Positions 52,332-61,991 of a stretch of DNA of 64,000 bases are shown here, in pieces. The translations under genes were made by a program, and so were the position numbers. The DNA comes from an uncultured Thermoplasmata archaeon (GTDB lineage Archaea; Thermoplasmatota; Thermoplasmata; Lutacidiplasmatales; UBA184), in NCBI GenBank assembly GCA_963804525.1, contig CAWDQO010000005.1, positions 738,844-802,843 of the forward strand, given 5' to 3'. The notes under the pieces were generated by a model. It saw only the letters and a list, made by a program, of their open reading frames with translations, searched no databases and had not been told where the DNA came from. How positions within the stretch are numbered: the stretch's first letter is position 1; each line of letters opens with the position of its first letter.

Positions 52332-53277
52332 GTGGCCATTTCGACACGGCAGCACTTCCGAATCGAACGGGTTGCGACTGGCATTTGGGCCGCGATCGCC
52401 CGCGACGGTGGGTACGGTCTCTGCAACGCCGGGATCGTCGACCTCGGCGGTACGACCGTCGTATACGACTCGATGCTGACGCCGATGGCCGGGGAGGAAC
52501 TCCGCCGGAGCGCGCGTCGGTTGACCGGACGGGATCCGGCGGTGGTCATCAATAGCCACTGGCACGGGGACCACATCCGCGGAAACGGCGCGTTCGCCCC
52601 CGCGGCAATCGTCTCGACGGCAAGGACGCGGGAGCTGATTCGGACCGCCGGGGTCCAGCAGTGGACCTCCGACCGCCGCAGCATGCCCGCGGCCCTCGCG
52701 TCCCTCGACGCTCCGGAATCGGACGTTCCCCGAACAGAGCGGGCCCTATACCGGGGATGGTTCGAGGGAACGCTACGGGTTCCAATTCCGTTTCGACCCG
52801 CTCCCCCGAACGTGACCTTTGAGCGCGAACTGTCCCTCGCAGGGACGCGCCGGGAGCTTCGCGTCCTGACCTACGGGGGAGGACACTCCCCCAGCGACGT
52901 GTTTGCGTTTGCCCCGGAGGAACGGGTCGCTTTCCTCGGGGACCTCGTGTCGGTCGGGTTGCACCCGTCCGTGGGCGACGGAGCGCCGTCCCCCTGGCGT
53001 CGCATCCTGCGTCGGATCCGTCGGCTCGGGATTGGCCGGGCGATTCCCGGGCATGGGCCCGTAGGGGGGGCTCCACAAATCCAGCAGATCGAGCATTATC
53101 TGGCCGACCTAGGACCGGTTGGCCGGGCGAGCATTCCAGCGGGGCGACTCCCGGAAGGTCCTCCGGGATGTTCCAATCCCTCCCCTTTACCGCGAGTGGC
53201 GCTTCTCAGCGTTCTTCGCTGGGAACCTGATCCGGGCGTACAGCCTCGCGCAGGCCCAACGCGTCCGAGCCGGGTGA
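52332..53277 (+). CDS. MBL-fold metallo-hydrolase, frame-interrupted near 53110
   Basis: ORF 52332..53579(+) carries VINSHWHGDHIRGN...GGGHSPSD...PGHGP. The natural-looking ending DRLAGRAFQRGDSRKVLRDVPIPPLYREWRFSAFFAGNLIRAYSLAQAQRVRAG* (stop at 53275-53277) is one frame off, starting at CCTAGG (53108-53113). Confidence 0.75.
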
Positions 53278-53400
53278 GTGGACCGAAACGTCACAAACGA
53301 CTCGCGCTCGGGACGGGACCGTCCGCGCACGGATGCCCGCCCCGTTCGCCGTTCGAGTGCACCGCAGGGTTCTTGAACGCGTCCTCCGCGTCCGATTCCG

Positions 53401-53676
53401 ATGCCGTCGTCGGGAGGGCTGCTCGCCATCGACCCGGACCGGGAGCTCGCCCGACTGCTTCCTCGGGACCACCGGGTCCGGTTCGCGAGCGCGGAGTTCC
53501 AGCAAAACCTGGCCCAGCTCGAACTCGACCTGACCTTGTTCCGCGAAGCGTGGTTCTCCGACCCGCCGCGGTTCGATGACGGCCGCCGCGCGATCGCGGA
53601 CCTGCTCGCGTCGGCCCGCAAGGTCGAGGCCGCGGTTCGCGAGCTCGAAGCGATCTGCCGGCCGCTCGACCCGTAA
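53401..53676 (+). CDS. Hypothetical small helical protein
   Basis: ORF 53401..53676(+), ATG start, with balanced composition (ELARLLPRDHRVRFASAEFQQNLAQLELDLTLFREAWF...). No family recognised. Confidence 0.4.
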   Translation: MPSSGGLLAIDPDRELARLLPRDHRVRFASAEFQQNLAQLELDLTLFREAWFSDPPRFDDGRRAIADLLASARKVEAAVRELEAICRPLDP

Positions 53677-53732
53677 CGACGGCGAGGGTCGCCCTTTTTC
53701 CTCCGGACCGCTTCGGGGATCCGGGAGCGAAG

Positions 53733-54881
53733 ATGAAGGTCGTTGCCGTGCTCTACCCGGGAGGCGCTGCCGCGAAGGAAACGCCGGAACTCCTGAACTG
53801 TACCGAGCATGCGCTCGGCCTTCGGCCCGTGCTGGAGGCGAAGGGCCACACCCTTGTCGCGACGTCGGAGACGGGCGCGGGGCTCGACCGCGAGCTCCCC
53901 GACGCGGAGGTGCTGATCGCCACGCCGTTCTGGCCGGCGTACATCACGAAGGAGCGGATCGCGGCCGCCCCGCGATTGAAGCTGCTCCTGACGGCCGGGG
54001 TCGGGTCCGACCATTTCGACCTCGCCGCCGCGGCCGCGCGGGGGATTACCGTCGCGGAGATCACCGGGAGCAACGTCGTCTCGGTCGCCGAACACGTGGT
54101 GATGCAGGTCCTGGCCCTCGTCCGGAACTACATCCCCTCGTACCAGCAGGTCATCGCCGGGGGGTGGGACATCGCGGCCCTCGCGGCGCACGCCCACGAC
54201 CTCGAGGACAAGACGGTCGGCATCGTCGGAATGGGCCGGATCGGTCAGCGGGTGGCCGCCCGCCTGAAGCCGTTCGACGTCCGGATGTTCTACTACGACA
54301 ACCGGAGGCTGACGACGACGGACGAGCAGGTGCTGGGCGCCCGGTACATGCCGCTCGACAACCTCGTCGCCGCGTGCGATGTCATCAGCATCAACGCCCC
54401 CCTCACCCCCGGAACCGACCGACTCTTCGATGCAGCCCGGCTCGGGCGCATGCGAAAGGGGTCGTACCTCGTCAACACGGCCCGGGGTCGCATCGTCGAC
54501 ACCGACGCCCTCGTCGAGGCGTTGCGGTCCGGCCATCTGGCGGGGTACGCGGGGGACGTTTGGTACCCCCAGCCCGCCCCGAAGGACCACCCGTGGCGGT
54601 CGATGCCGAACCACGCGATGACACCGCACCTCTCGGGCACGACGCTCGAGGCGCAGAAGCGGATCGCCGAGGGGATCCAGGACTGCATGGCCCGGTATCT
54701 CGCGGGCCGCCCCCTCGAACGCGATTATCTCATCGTCGAGGGGGGCAAGGTCGTCAGCCCCTCCTACAGCTACGCGTACGAACCGGCTGACCCTCGCAAG
54801 GACGTCGCCCCTCCGGGTCCGATGCGCGCAGATTCCGCGCGGTCCGGGGGGTTCAAATCACGGCCCGGCGTTCGGGTCTCG
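53733..54881 (+). CDS. NAD-dependent formate dehydrogenase; ORF has no stop and reads through to 55064
   Basis: ORF 53733..55064(+). TPFWPAYITKERIAAAPRLKLLLTAGVGSDHFDL; ITVAEITGSNVVSVAEHVVM; GIVGMGRIGQRV; GDVWYPQPAPKDHPWRSMPNHAMTPHLSGTT. The family-typical length (about 380-400 aa) is reached before codon 384, where an RHH-like module begins. Confidence 0.85.
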
Positions 54882-55064
54882 ATGCCCCGGTCGCGTCTCT
54901 CCCCCATCACGATCGAGTGGCTCGACTCGGTCGCCCGCACCGGAGAGTCCCGGAACGAGACGATCGCGCGACTCCTGAAGGACGTGGACCACCGGGCCTC
55001 GGTCGGTCCCACCGATGACCTCCTCGTCCGCCGCGACGTGCGCCTCCATCTCGACGACCTCTGA
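54882..55064 (+). CDS. Ribbon-helix-helix-like module (60 aa), in frame with the formate dehydrogenase ORF
   Basis: MPRSRLSPITIEWLDSVARTGESRNETIARLLKDVDHRASVGPTDDLLVRRDVRLHLDDL*. It has its own ATG, and its MPR.R N-terminus resembles the RHH at 51397. Confidence 0.45.
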   Translation: MPRSRLSPITIEWLDSVARTGESRNETIARLLKDVDHRASVGPTDDLLVRRDVRLHLDDL

Positions 55065-55149
55065 CGGTTCGATCCCGACTCGCTCGCCCCCCCCGGAAGC
55101 GAGGTACCTCCAGGGTTCCTCGAGTTCCGGTCGGGGCGGGAACGCCGAC

Positions 55150-56223
55150 TTACGACGCTACTCCGGCAGGATGGGTGCCGGGCACCCCCTCGGGGGGCGA
55201 GTATCGCCGCCAGAGATGCCAGAAGAACCAACCCGCCACGAGATCCGCGACCACGACCACCGGGACCGCGATTTGGCTCACGAGGCCGACCATCATGAGG
55301 GGGGCGACCAGCCCGAACGCGAGTGCGATCAGGTGGGGTTCGTTGGACCTCTGGCCGATGACCCGCAGGAATCCGTAGAGGAACGCCGCGAGGAGCCCGA
55401 CGACGGCGAGGAACGCCACCGCGGCCGGAGCGCCGACCGCCCCGCACACGCCCTCGAGGACGATGACCGACGGGAAGAAGGCGAGGCCGGTCAGGGCGAA
55501 GACGAGCGGCCGCCGGCGGGGCTCGGCGGTCCGGGGCTTCAGGGCCCCCGCGGGCAGCCATCGTGCCGCCGCGACGAGCCCAGCGATCGCCGCACCGCTG
55601 CCGACGAGGAGGGGAAGTCCCGCGAAGAAATGGACCCCAAGGTCCACGACCGTGAGGAGGACGGCCGTGTCGAGCCCGAGAACCACGAAGGCGGTCGCCA
55701 TCCCGCGTCGACCGAGAAGAGGGAGCCCCCGCGTCTCTGGCAGGGCGAGGTCGAGGAGGTAGATCGGGACCGAGATGGAGAAGACGACGTGGACCGCGAG
55801 GACCCCGGCGAGCCAGACCCAGCTCACGCCGAGGAAGTGGCCGTACTCGCCGAGGACCCCGCTCACGCCGGCGTGGGGGTTGAACAACGTGGAGAGGGCG
55901 ATCCCCTCCTCCACGATGCCGTACGCGGCGCCGAGCAGGAGGACCGACCCCCACCCCGCGTTCCATCGGATCCGGGCCTCCCGGATGAGGAGCACCCCGG
56001 GGACGTAGAGCCCAAGATTCCCGGCCAGGAGGAGAAAGAACAACGGGGGAGCGACGACGAGTCCACTGAGCGCGCTCGACCCACTCAGATACTCGACGAT
56101 TCCCGGGCTCAGGCAGGGGATGAGAACCAGTGGGTGCCGAGCAAGCCATGCCCGAAACCTCGCAAGCGGTCCCGGCTTCCGGCCGCTCGGCAGCCCAGCC
56201 ACCGGAATCGGGAAGGTCGTCAC
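55150..56223 (-). CDS. Hypothetical polytopic membrane protein (about 10 TM helices)
   Basis: ORF 55150..56385(-), probable GTG at 56223. Continuous hydrophobic helices, for example LFFLLLAGNLGLYVPGVLLI, VWLAGVLAVHVVFSISVPIYLL and VAFLAVVGLLAAFLYGFL. Confidence 0.7.
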   Translation of the reverse strand: MTTFPIPVAGLPSGRKPGPLARFRAWLARHPLVLIPCLSPGIVEYLSGSSALSGLVVAPPLFFLLLAGNLGLYVPGVLLIREARIRWNAGWGSVLLLGAAYGIVEEGIALSTLFNPHAGVSGVLGEYGHFLGVSWVWLAGVLAVHVVFSISVPIYLLDLALPETRGLPLLGRRGMATAFVVLGLDTAVLLTVVDLGVHFFAGLPLLVGSGAAIAGLVAAARWLPAGALKPRTAEPRRRPLVFALTGLAFFPSVIVLEGVCGAVGAPAAVAFLAVVGLLAAFLYGFLRVIGQRSNEPHLIALAFGLVAPLMMVGLVSQIAVPVVVVADLVAGWFFWHLWRRYSPPEGVPGTHPAGVAS

Positions 56224-56246
56224 GGCGAGGAAATCGCGCCGTTCCG

Positions 56247-56848
56247 CTACTTGAACCCGGCGGAAGATTCGTCCCGGCCTCCGCCGAGGGGGTCCCGGCA
56301 AGTGCGGCCGCGAGCTCGCGCGACCGGTCCCCCGATCCGTTCGTCGCCGTGGCGACCACGACCCGCCGCCCGCCCCGGTCGCCAAGGACCTCCCAGTTCC
56401 GGGATCGGGCGACCGCGCTCCAGACCTCGAACGACGGACCAGGTTCCGCCGGCGACGACCCCGGCGTCGGATCCGGCTTTGGGACTCCCGAGCCGAATCG
56501 GATCACGGCGAGATCGCCCACGAAATCCACCCGGGGGAGCAGTACGACGAACCCCACCGCGCCGATCGCCCCCAGCGCGATGCCGAAGGTGCCCTCCCAT
56601 CCGGGGAGCCCTCGGGCCGAGAGGTCGAGGCCGCCGAGAACGGCTGCGCACACTTCCACGGCGCAGGCGAGCAGTCCCACTCGAATCCGGCGCAGCGCGG
56701 TCGCGTCCATTCGGAGTTCGGACTCCGCCACGAGGCAGACCCGACCCTCGGCATCGAACTCCGTCGCCGAGAGGCTCCATCCCGCCCGTGTCAGCGCCGC
56801 CGTTCGTTCGGGAGCGGTTCGTGGCGACGGGCCGGGTTCTCGGCCCAA
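56247..56848 (-). CDS. Hypothetical membrane protein; 3' end probably in another frame
   Basis: N-terminal part of ORF 54770..56848(-): ...RRIRVGLLACAVEVCAAVLGGLDL...TFGIALGAIGAVGFVVLLP...FEVWSAVARSRNWEVLGDRGGRRVVVATA. This frame has no stop until 54770. A TAG at 56247 in the neighbouring frame, reached across a C5 run near 56290, would end the gene 24 nt before the next gene. Confidence 0.35.
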
Positions 56849-57078
56849 CGCAACCGGAGCGCCGTCCGGAGGTTCTGGGACGACGTCAAACCTACGTGGA
56901 GAGAGGATCGGACCGGATTCGATGGGCCTCAGCCGGTGACCCCGGAGGACCTCGCCCGGAACGGGCGTACCCCCGGGGAAGTCGGGCCCGGAGTCTCGAT
57001 GCGGCTCGCCGAGCTAGAACTCGCGACGGCCCGAGCCGGGTCGGAAGGGACGCCCACGCGGCTCCGTCGGGCGCGGGC

Positions 57079-57531
57079 TCACCGCCGGACGAGGTACTCG
57101 ACCGTCGTGGACTTCCACGCCGATTTGTTGGTCCACGGGTCGCCGGAGTAGACCTCGCGCGAAGACCGGACCGCCTTCACCTTGCCGTCCTTCTTGCGCC
57201 ACCGGAGCCAATCGTTCAGCCCGTGATAGACGACCGCCGGTGAGACGACGTCGGGGTCGAAGGTGACGCGGGCGACCGCCGACGCGGGGAAGGTGCGGAG
57301 ACGGATCCCGCCCGTCGTCTTCGCGCGACCACGGACCTCGAGGCACGCCTCGAACTTGCCGCCCGCGGATTCCCGGACGATCCACTTGCCGGTCCGGAGG
57401 CCGCTCGATTTCGCCCAAGCCTCGAGCTTCGCGAACTCGGGGCGACAGATGTTCTCGCTCCACTTTCCCTGCGCCGCGAGCGTCGCCACCACGTACTTCG
57501 GCGCCTTGCCGAACTCAAAGTCCACGGTCAT
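57079..57531 (-). CDS. GyrI-like small-molecule-binding domain protein
   Basis: Tail of ORF 57079..57837(-), from ATG 57531. MTVDFEFGKAPKYVVATLAAQGKWSENICRPEFAKLEAWAKSSGL...REVYSGDPWTNKSAWKSTTVEYLV. Confidence 0.6.
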   Translation of the reverse strand: MTVDFEFGKAPKYVVATLAAQGKWSENICRPEFAKLEAWAKSSGLRTGKWIVRESAGGKFEACLEVRGRAKTTGGIRLRTFPASAVARVTFDPDVVSPAVVYHGLNDWLRWRKKDGKVKAVRSSREVYSGDPWTNKSAWKSTTVEYLVRR

Positions 57532-57631
57532 CGGTACCGGAGGATATTCCGGACCGTACTTGAAGCGCCCCGTCGCGGTCGGGGGGCTCGGAAGCCGAGC
57601 TGGGCCGCGCGAATACCCCGCGAGGGAACGC

Positions 57632-58204
57632 TCACCTCCTGGACCGTCGGGGAGGCTTCGACCGGTGCCGGACCTCGGAGTACGCCGCGGTTTTCTGTTC
57701 GGTCGAGCGGTGGGCGAGGTGGAGCTGCGCTTCCTTCGCAAGCCACTCAAAGTTGGAGTAGGCGCTGAAGTCGTGCCCGTATTCCTTCGCGAGGTACTTC
57801 GCGTGGGCCTCGAACACCTGCCAATCGCGGACCACAAGGTACTGGAGGGAGTCGAGGACGATCTCCAGGTCGACGATGTTCGACCGGGCCATCTGGCCCA
57901 GCAACTCGTAGACGTACGCGAAGTTCCGGATCTCGAGGTCCTCCGGGGACTCGAAGGCGTCTCGCCAGCCGGTCTCGCGGAACTTCTGCAGCGTCACGAA
58001 CATCCGGGCTCGCCGCCGCGGGAACGCCTCGTCGGTGATCCGTTCCATCACGTTCAGCGAGAACGTCGCCTGGGACTGGTTCAACGTCGCCTGGAGGAGA
58101 CGGGCGTTTTGGCGCAATTGGAGGAGCACGAAGATTGCGCTCAGCACGACCGCGGCCGAGCTCGAGGCGCTCAGGATCGGAATGACCGTCGTGGTGTCGA
58201 CCAT
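57632..58204 (-). CDS. Hypothetical protein with a single N-terminal TM helix and a helical domain
   Basis: ORF 57632..58270(-), probable start at M23 (58204). MVDTTTVIPILSASSSAAVVLSAIFVLLQLRQN.... The locally lower GC and balanced composition support coding. Confidence 0.6.
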   Translation of the reverse strand: MVDTTTVIPILSASSSAAVVLSAIFVLLQLRQNARLLQATLNQSQATFSLNVMERITDEAFPRRRARMFVTLQKFRETGWRDAFESPEDLEIRNFAYVYELLGQMARSNIVDLEIVLDSLQYLVVRDWQVFEAHAKYLAKEYGHDFSAYSNFEWLAKEAQLHLAHRSTEQKTAAYSEVRHRSKPPRRSRR

Positions 58205-58308
58205 CGGGCGCCGCTCCCGAGCCACCGCCCCGCTATCAACCCCGTGGCCGCTGAAGTCCGGTCCTCCCAAGACCGAGCCGACAAATACAGCGGACCCGTC
58301 CGAGGGAT

Positions 58309-59044
58309 GTGGCCGGGTTCCTTCCCGCGTCCGAAGGCGACCTCCTCCGGTCCCGTCCGGGCTCGAATCGCCCGGGCGTGTTCCCGCCGGGGGCCCTGCT
58401 CGCCGAGGAGAAGATCGTCTACGAAACCCGTCCCCGCCTCATGGGCTTGCATCCGGCCCTGGTGCTCGCCCCCCTCCCCTTCGCCTTCCTGTTCGGGGCT
58501 GCAATTGTCGTCGGGGTCGCGCAGGGCGTCGGAGGCACCGGGTTCGCGATCGCTGGCGTGATCGTGGTACTCCTGATCCTCTCCCCCGCTCTCTACGGGG
58601 TGTACGACTGGCGACGCACCGCCTATGTGATCACCGACCAGCGGGTCGCCGTTCGGAGCGGGGACAGCTACGAGACGGCCACGTTCGAGATGGTGCGGAA
58701 CGTGAGTCTCGCCCCCGACTCGAGCAAAGTCGTGTTCGAGCTCCTCCCCCCGCCCGACGCGCCGCCGCGCGCGGGGTTTCGGCTCTCGCGGAAGAGCCGG
58801 CTGGTTTGGGTGGGGCTCGAAGGGGCCCCGGCCGTCGCTTCGTTCGGGCAGAGCGCCATCGAGTACCTACCGACTCCAAAATCAGCAGCGGCTCCTTCGG
58901 CAGAGTCTCGTCGTGTCGTCGATGTCCAACACGGTCGTGTGTGCGTACTGCGGCGCGTTGGTCGACCTCTCCTCGGTGAGCGGGTCGGCCCCGCGGTGCC
59001 CGAAATGCTCGGCGTTCCTCACGGTCGCGCCGAGCGGACTCTAG
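58309..59044 (+). CDS. bPH (YdbS/YdbT-like) membrane protein with C-terminal Zn-ribbon; frame-interrupted at 58863-58870
   Basis: ORF 58309..59124(+). EEKIVYETRPRLMG, two TM helices, then YDWRRTAYVITDQRVAVRSG. One frame off after GTACCTAC, my translation gives YRLQNQQRLLRQSLVVSSMSNTVVCAYCGALVDLSSVSGSAPRCPKCSAFLTVAPSGL* (stop at 59042-59044). Confidence 0.65.
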
Positions 59045-59189
59045 GGCCCGCCGACCGGTGGGGCCGACCAAGATCCCGGTTCGCACGCCTGGGCGGCGGC
59101 GACCGGCAGCGGACTCTGTATTAGGGGGGCCCGACCACTCCCAAGACGCGGGCACGGCGAACGGTCGTCCCCGCACGAGATCCGTCCGA

Positions 59190-59993
59190 ATGGCCGCACT
59201 CCCGTCCTCGCTCCCGCCGCCCCCCGATGCGGCGCTTCGGTTTGACGGCGTCTCGAAGCGGTATGGGGCCGTCGAGGCGCTCCGGTCGGTGAGCTTCACC
59301 GTCGGGGCCGGGGAGGTCGTCGGGCTCCTCGGGCCGAACGGAGCCGGCAAGTCGACGGCGATGAAGATCGCCCTCGGGATCGTTCGACCCGACTTCGGCA
59401 CCGTCCGGGTCCTCGGGAGCGAGATCGGCCCGGAGACGATGGCCCTGAAGCGGCAGGTCGGCTACGTCCCGGAGAATCCGTCCCTCTACGAGTTCCTGAC
59501 CGCGGCGGAGTACCTCGACTTCCTCGCGGACATGTACGACCTCCCCCGGGCCGGCCGGCAGGAGCGGGTCCAGTCGTTCCTCGCCGCCCTCGAGCTCGCC
59601 GGGCACGAGAACGCGATGATCAGCGGGTACTCGCAGGGGATGAAGCAGAAGGTCGCGCTCATCGGCGGCCTCCTCCACCGCCCCCGACTCCTCGTCCTCG
59701 ACGAGCCGTTGAACGGCCTCGACCCCCGCTCCGCCCGGATCGCGAAGGAACTCCTGTCGAGCCTCGCTCATCGCGAGGGGGTCGGGATCCTGTTCAGCAC
59801 CCACGTCCTCGAGATCGCACAGGCGATCTGCGACCGCCTCGTCATCGTCCACCAGGGGAGCGTGCTCGCCACCGGTACGGTCGACTCGCTCCGCGCGAGA
59901 GCGGGCCTCCCCGGCTCGGGGCTCGAGGAAGTGTTCCTTGCGCTGACGGGCGCCTCCACGGTCGACGACATCGTCGCGGCGCTCGCCCACTAG
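59190..59993 (+). CDS. ABC transporter ATP-binding protein
   Basis: Frame of ORF 59058..59993(+), from ATG 59190. Walker A GPNGAGKST; signature YSQGMKQK; Walker B LLVLDEP. Confidence 0.9.
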   Translation: MAALPSSLPPPPDAALRFDGVSKRYGAVEALRSVSFTVGAGEVVGLLGPNGAGKSTAMKIALGIVRPDFGTVRVLGSEIGPETMALKRQVGYVPENPSLYEFLTAAEYLDFLADMYDLPRAGRQERVQSFLAALELAGHENAMISGYSQGMKQKVALIGGLLHRPRLLVLDEPLNGLDPRSARIAKELLSSLAHREGVGILFSTHVLEIAQAICDRLVIVHQGSVLATGTVDSLRARAGLPGSGLEEVFLALTGASTVDDIVAALAH

Positions 59994-60043
59994 GGGGAAC
60001 GCCGACGAATCTCCGGAAGGTTGCCCGGCTCACCCAGGTCCTG

Positions 60044-61621
60044 ATGGCCTCCCAGATGCGCTCCGGTCGGGCTTCGTCCGACCCAGGGAGCTTCTTCGGC
60101 CGCCCCCGCGCCATCGCCCTGGCCGACGCGGGGGCGTTCCTCTTGTTCTTCTTCGGGAGCTACTACGCGGGCCGACTCCTCGAAGGGTTCAGCCCGGGGT
60201 TCGCCGCGTCCGTCTTGCCCGGGTTCCTCCCCTTCGTGCCCCTCCTGGGCGTCGCCGCCGTCCTCGTCGGCGGGCTCATGTTCGAGTTCGCCGCGAGCGC
60301 CCGGTTCGCCACGAGCGATGCGGTCAACTGGCTTCCGGTGACGAGCGAGGAGTACGTCGTCGCGTCGTCGGCGGCGCTCGCCGGGCTCTACTCGTTCTCC
60401 ATCGCGCTGCTCGGTGGGGTCGCCCTCGGAATCGGGACCGTCGCCGGCGAGCTCCCCATCGCACTGTTCGCCGTCGCGCTTGGCGTGGTCGGCCTCTTCG
60501 AGGGGGCGCTCCTGATCGAGGTCCTCCGCGCCCTCACGCAACGGGCCGGCACCCTCGGGAAGCGCCGCGGGTCGGCCGCGCTCGTCGTCCGGGCGGCCGG
60601 GTTCCTTCTCGTGTTCCTCGTTTTCGAGCTGTTCTTCAATCCGGTCATCCTGTTCGCCGCGGCGAAGAGTCTGAGCGACGTCGGCCCCGTCGGGCTCGCC
60701 ATCCCGTTCTTGTGGGGCTCGGAAGCGGTCACCGCGGTGCTGAACGGGAACGTCCCGGTCGCCGCGTTCACGGTCGCCGGGCAGGTCCTCCTTCTCGCCG
60801 GGACCGCCTACGCGGCGGCCCGCTGCCGCGCCCGCTACTGGGTCCCGACCGGAGGCGAGGTCGAGTTCGAGGCTCATGCGTACGGCCCGACGCACTCCGC
60901 CCTCGGCGCCCTCGGGCTGACGCGCCCGGAGGCGGCGATCGTGGCCAAGGACCTGCGCGGGCTCGTCCGCCGACGCGAGCTCTTGCCGGTCCTCCTGCTC
61001 CCGTTCGTGATCGGGATCGTCCTTCTGGCGGAGGACTCGGGCGCCCGGGGCGGGGCGGACTCCTTTTTCACGCTCTGGCTGATCGCCTGGGTCTCCGGGC
61101 TCTCCGGGCTCATCCTCGCCGCCTCGTCGTTCGGGCAGGAGCGGCGGGGCTTGATCCACCTCTACATGCTTCCGGTCGCCCCGGGGAGCGTCCTCCGGGC
61201 GAAGGCGGTCGGGGCGTTGCTCGTCTCGCTCCCGATCGGGCTCGCGCTGGCGGTCGCCGGGATCGCGATCACCCGTCCTCCCCTGCCGGCCCTCCCCGGC
61301 GCCCTCCTGACCCTGACTCTTGCCGTGGTCGAAGGGACCGCCGTGGGTCTCCTGTTCGCGACCCGGTACTCCGATTTCCAGGACCGGCCCCGCCCCCAGT
61401 TCGTCCGCCCGATGCCGATGCTCGGCGCGACGGTGGTGCAGTTCCTGCTCGGTGGCGGCACCGTCGCCGTTGGACTCGCCCTTTCGTTCGGTGGTCCGAC
61501 GTTCCTCCTGAGCCCTCCGGTGATTGTCGCGGCAGTCCTTGTCGTCGGCGCGGCGCTCGGGGGGATCCTCGTCCTGACGGCCCGGAACGGGCGTCGCTTA
61601 CTCGAGGAGCTTCCGACGTAG
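60044..61621 (+). CDS. ABC exporter permease (about 12 TM helices)
   Basis: ORF 60044..61621(+), 525 aa, hydrophobic throughout. It lies immediately downstream of the ATPase. Confidence 0.8.
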   Translation: MASQMRSGRASSDPGSFFGRPRAIALADAGAFLLFFFGSYYAGRLLEGFSPGFAASVLPGFLPFVPLLGVAAVLVGGLMFEFAASARFATSDAVNWLPVTSEEYVVASSAALAGLYSFSIALLGGVALGIGTVAGELPIALFAVALGVVGLFEGALLIEVLRALTQRAGTLGKRRGSAALVVRAAGFLLVFLVFELFFNPVILFAAAKSLSDVGPVGLAIPFLWGSEAVTAVLNGNVPVAAFTVAGQVLLLAGTAYAAARCRARYWVPTGGEVEFEAHAYGPTHSALGALGLTRPEAAIVAKDLRGLVRRRELLPVLLLPFVIGIVLLAEDSGARGGADSFFTLWLIAWVSGLSGLILAASSFGQERRGLIHLYMLPVAPGSVLRAKAVGALLVSLPIGLALAVAGIAITRPPLPALPGALLTLTLAVVEGTAVGLLFATRYSDFQDRPRPQFVRPMPMLGATVVQFLLGGGTVAVGLALSFGGPTFLLSPPVIVAAVLVVGAALGGILVLTARNGRRLLEELPT

Positions 61622-61991
61622 AGTTCAAGCGGACCGCCCGGCCGCAGACGGACCGTCGCCGCCGGGGGGGATGGCGGTGCGCAAGCTCGGCGGCCGACCC
61701 GTCCGCTCTCGTGCGCCGGCAGCTCGAGTGCCTTCATCGACAACCTCGCTCGATCTTGTCAGAATCCCGATCCGCAAAGTTCCACGCCGTAGACGGTGGT
61801 TCGCACCATGGGTTGGCTTGCGGGGGGGTCGGCCGAGGCTGGCTCAGCCGATTCCGATCGTGGGTGGGAATCGGGGTCGCGCGCGTTCGGACCAAGATCC
61901 CGGAGGGGAGCTGGTTGGGGCGTGCCTCGTAGGGCGGCGGCCACGAACCGGGGCGGAGGGAAAAGGTTGGGCTACGGGCCCCGGGGCCCGC

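Noticed and set aside
53187-54629. 480-aa minus-strand ORF opposite the formate dehydrogenase
   Set aside because: It is antisense to a gene with strong family motifs, and its translation is R/G/P/V-rich without domain-like features.
10569-58870. Programmed ribosomal frameshifting or recoding as the cause of the frame breaks
   Set aside because: The sites occur in unrelated housekeeping and accessory genes. They show both +1 and -1 directions, have no shared slippery heptamer or downstream structure, and mostly lie in G/C homopolymers. Indel error is the simpler explanation.
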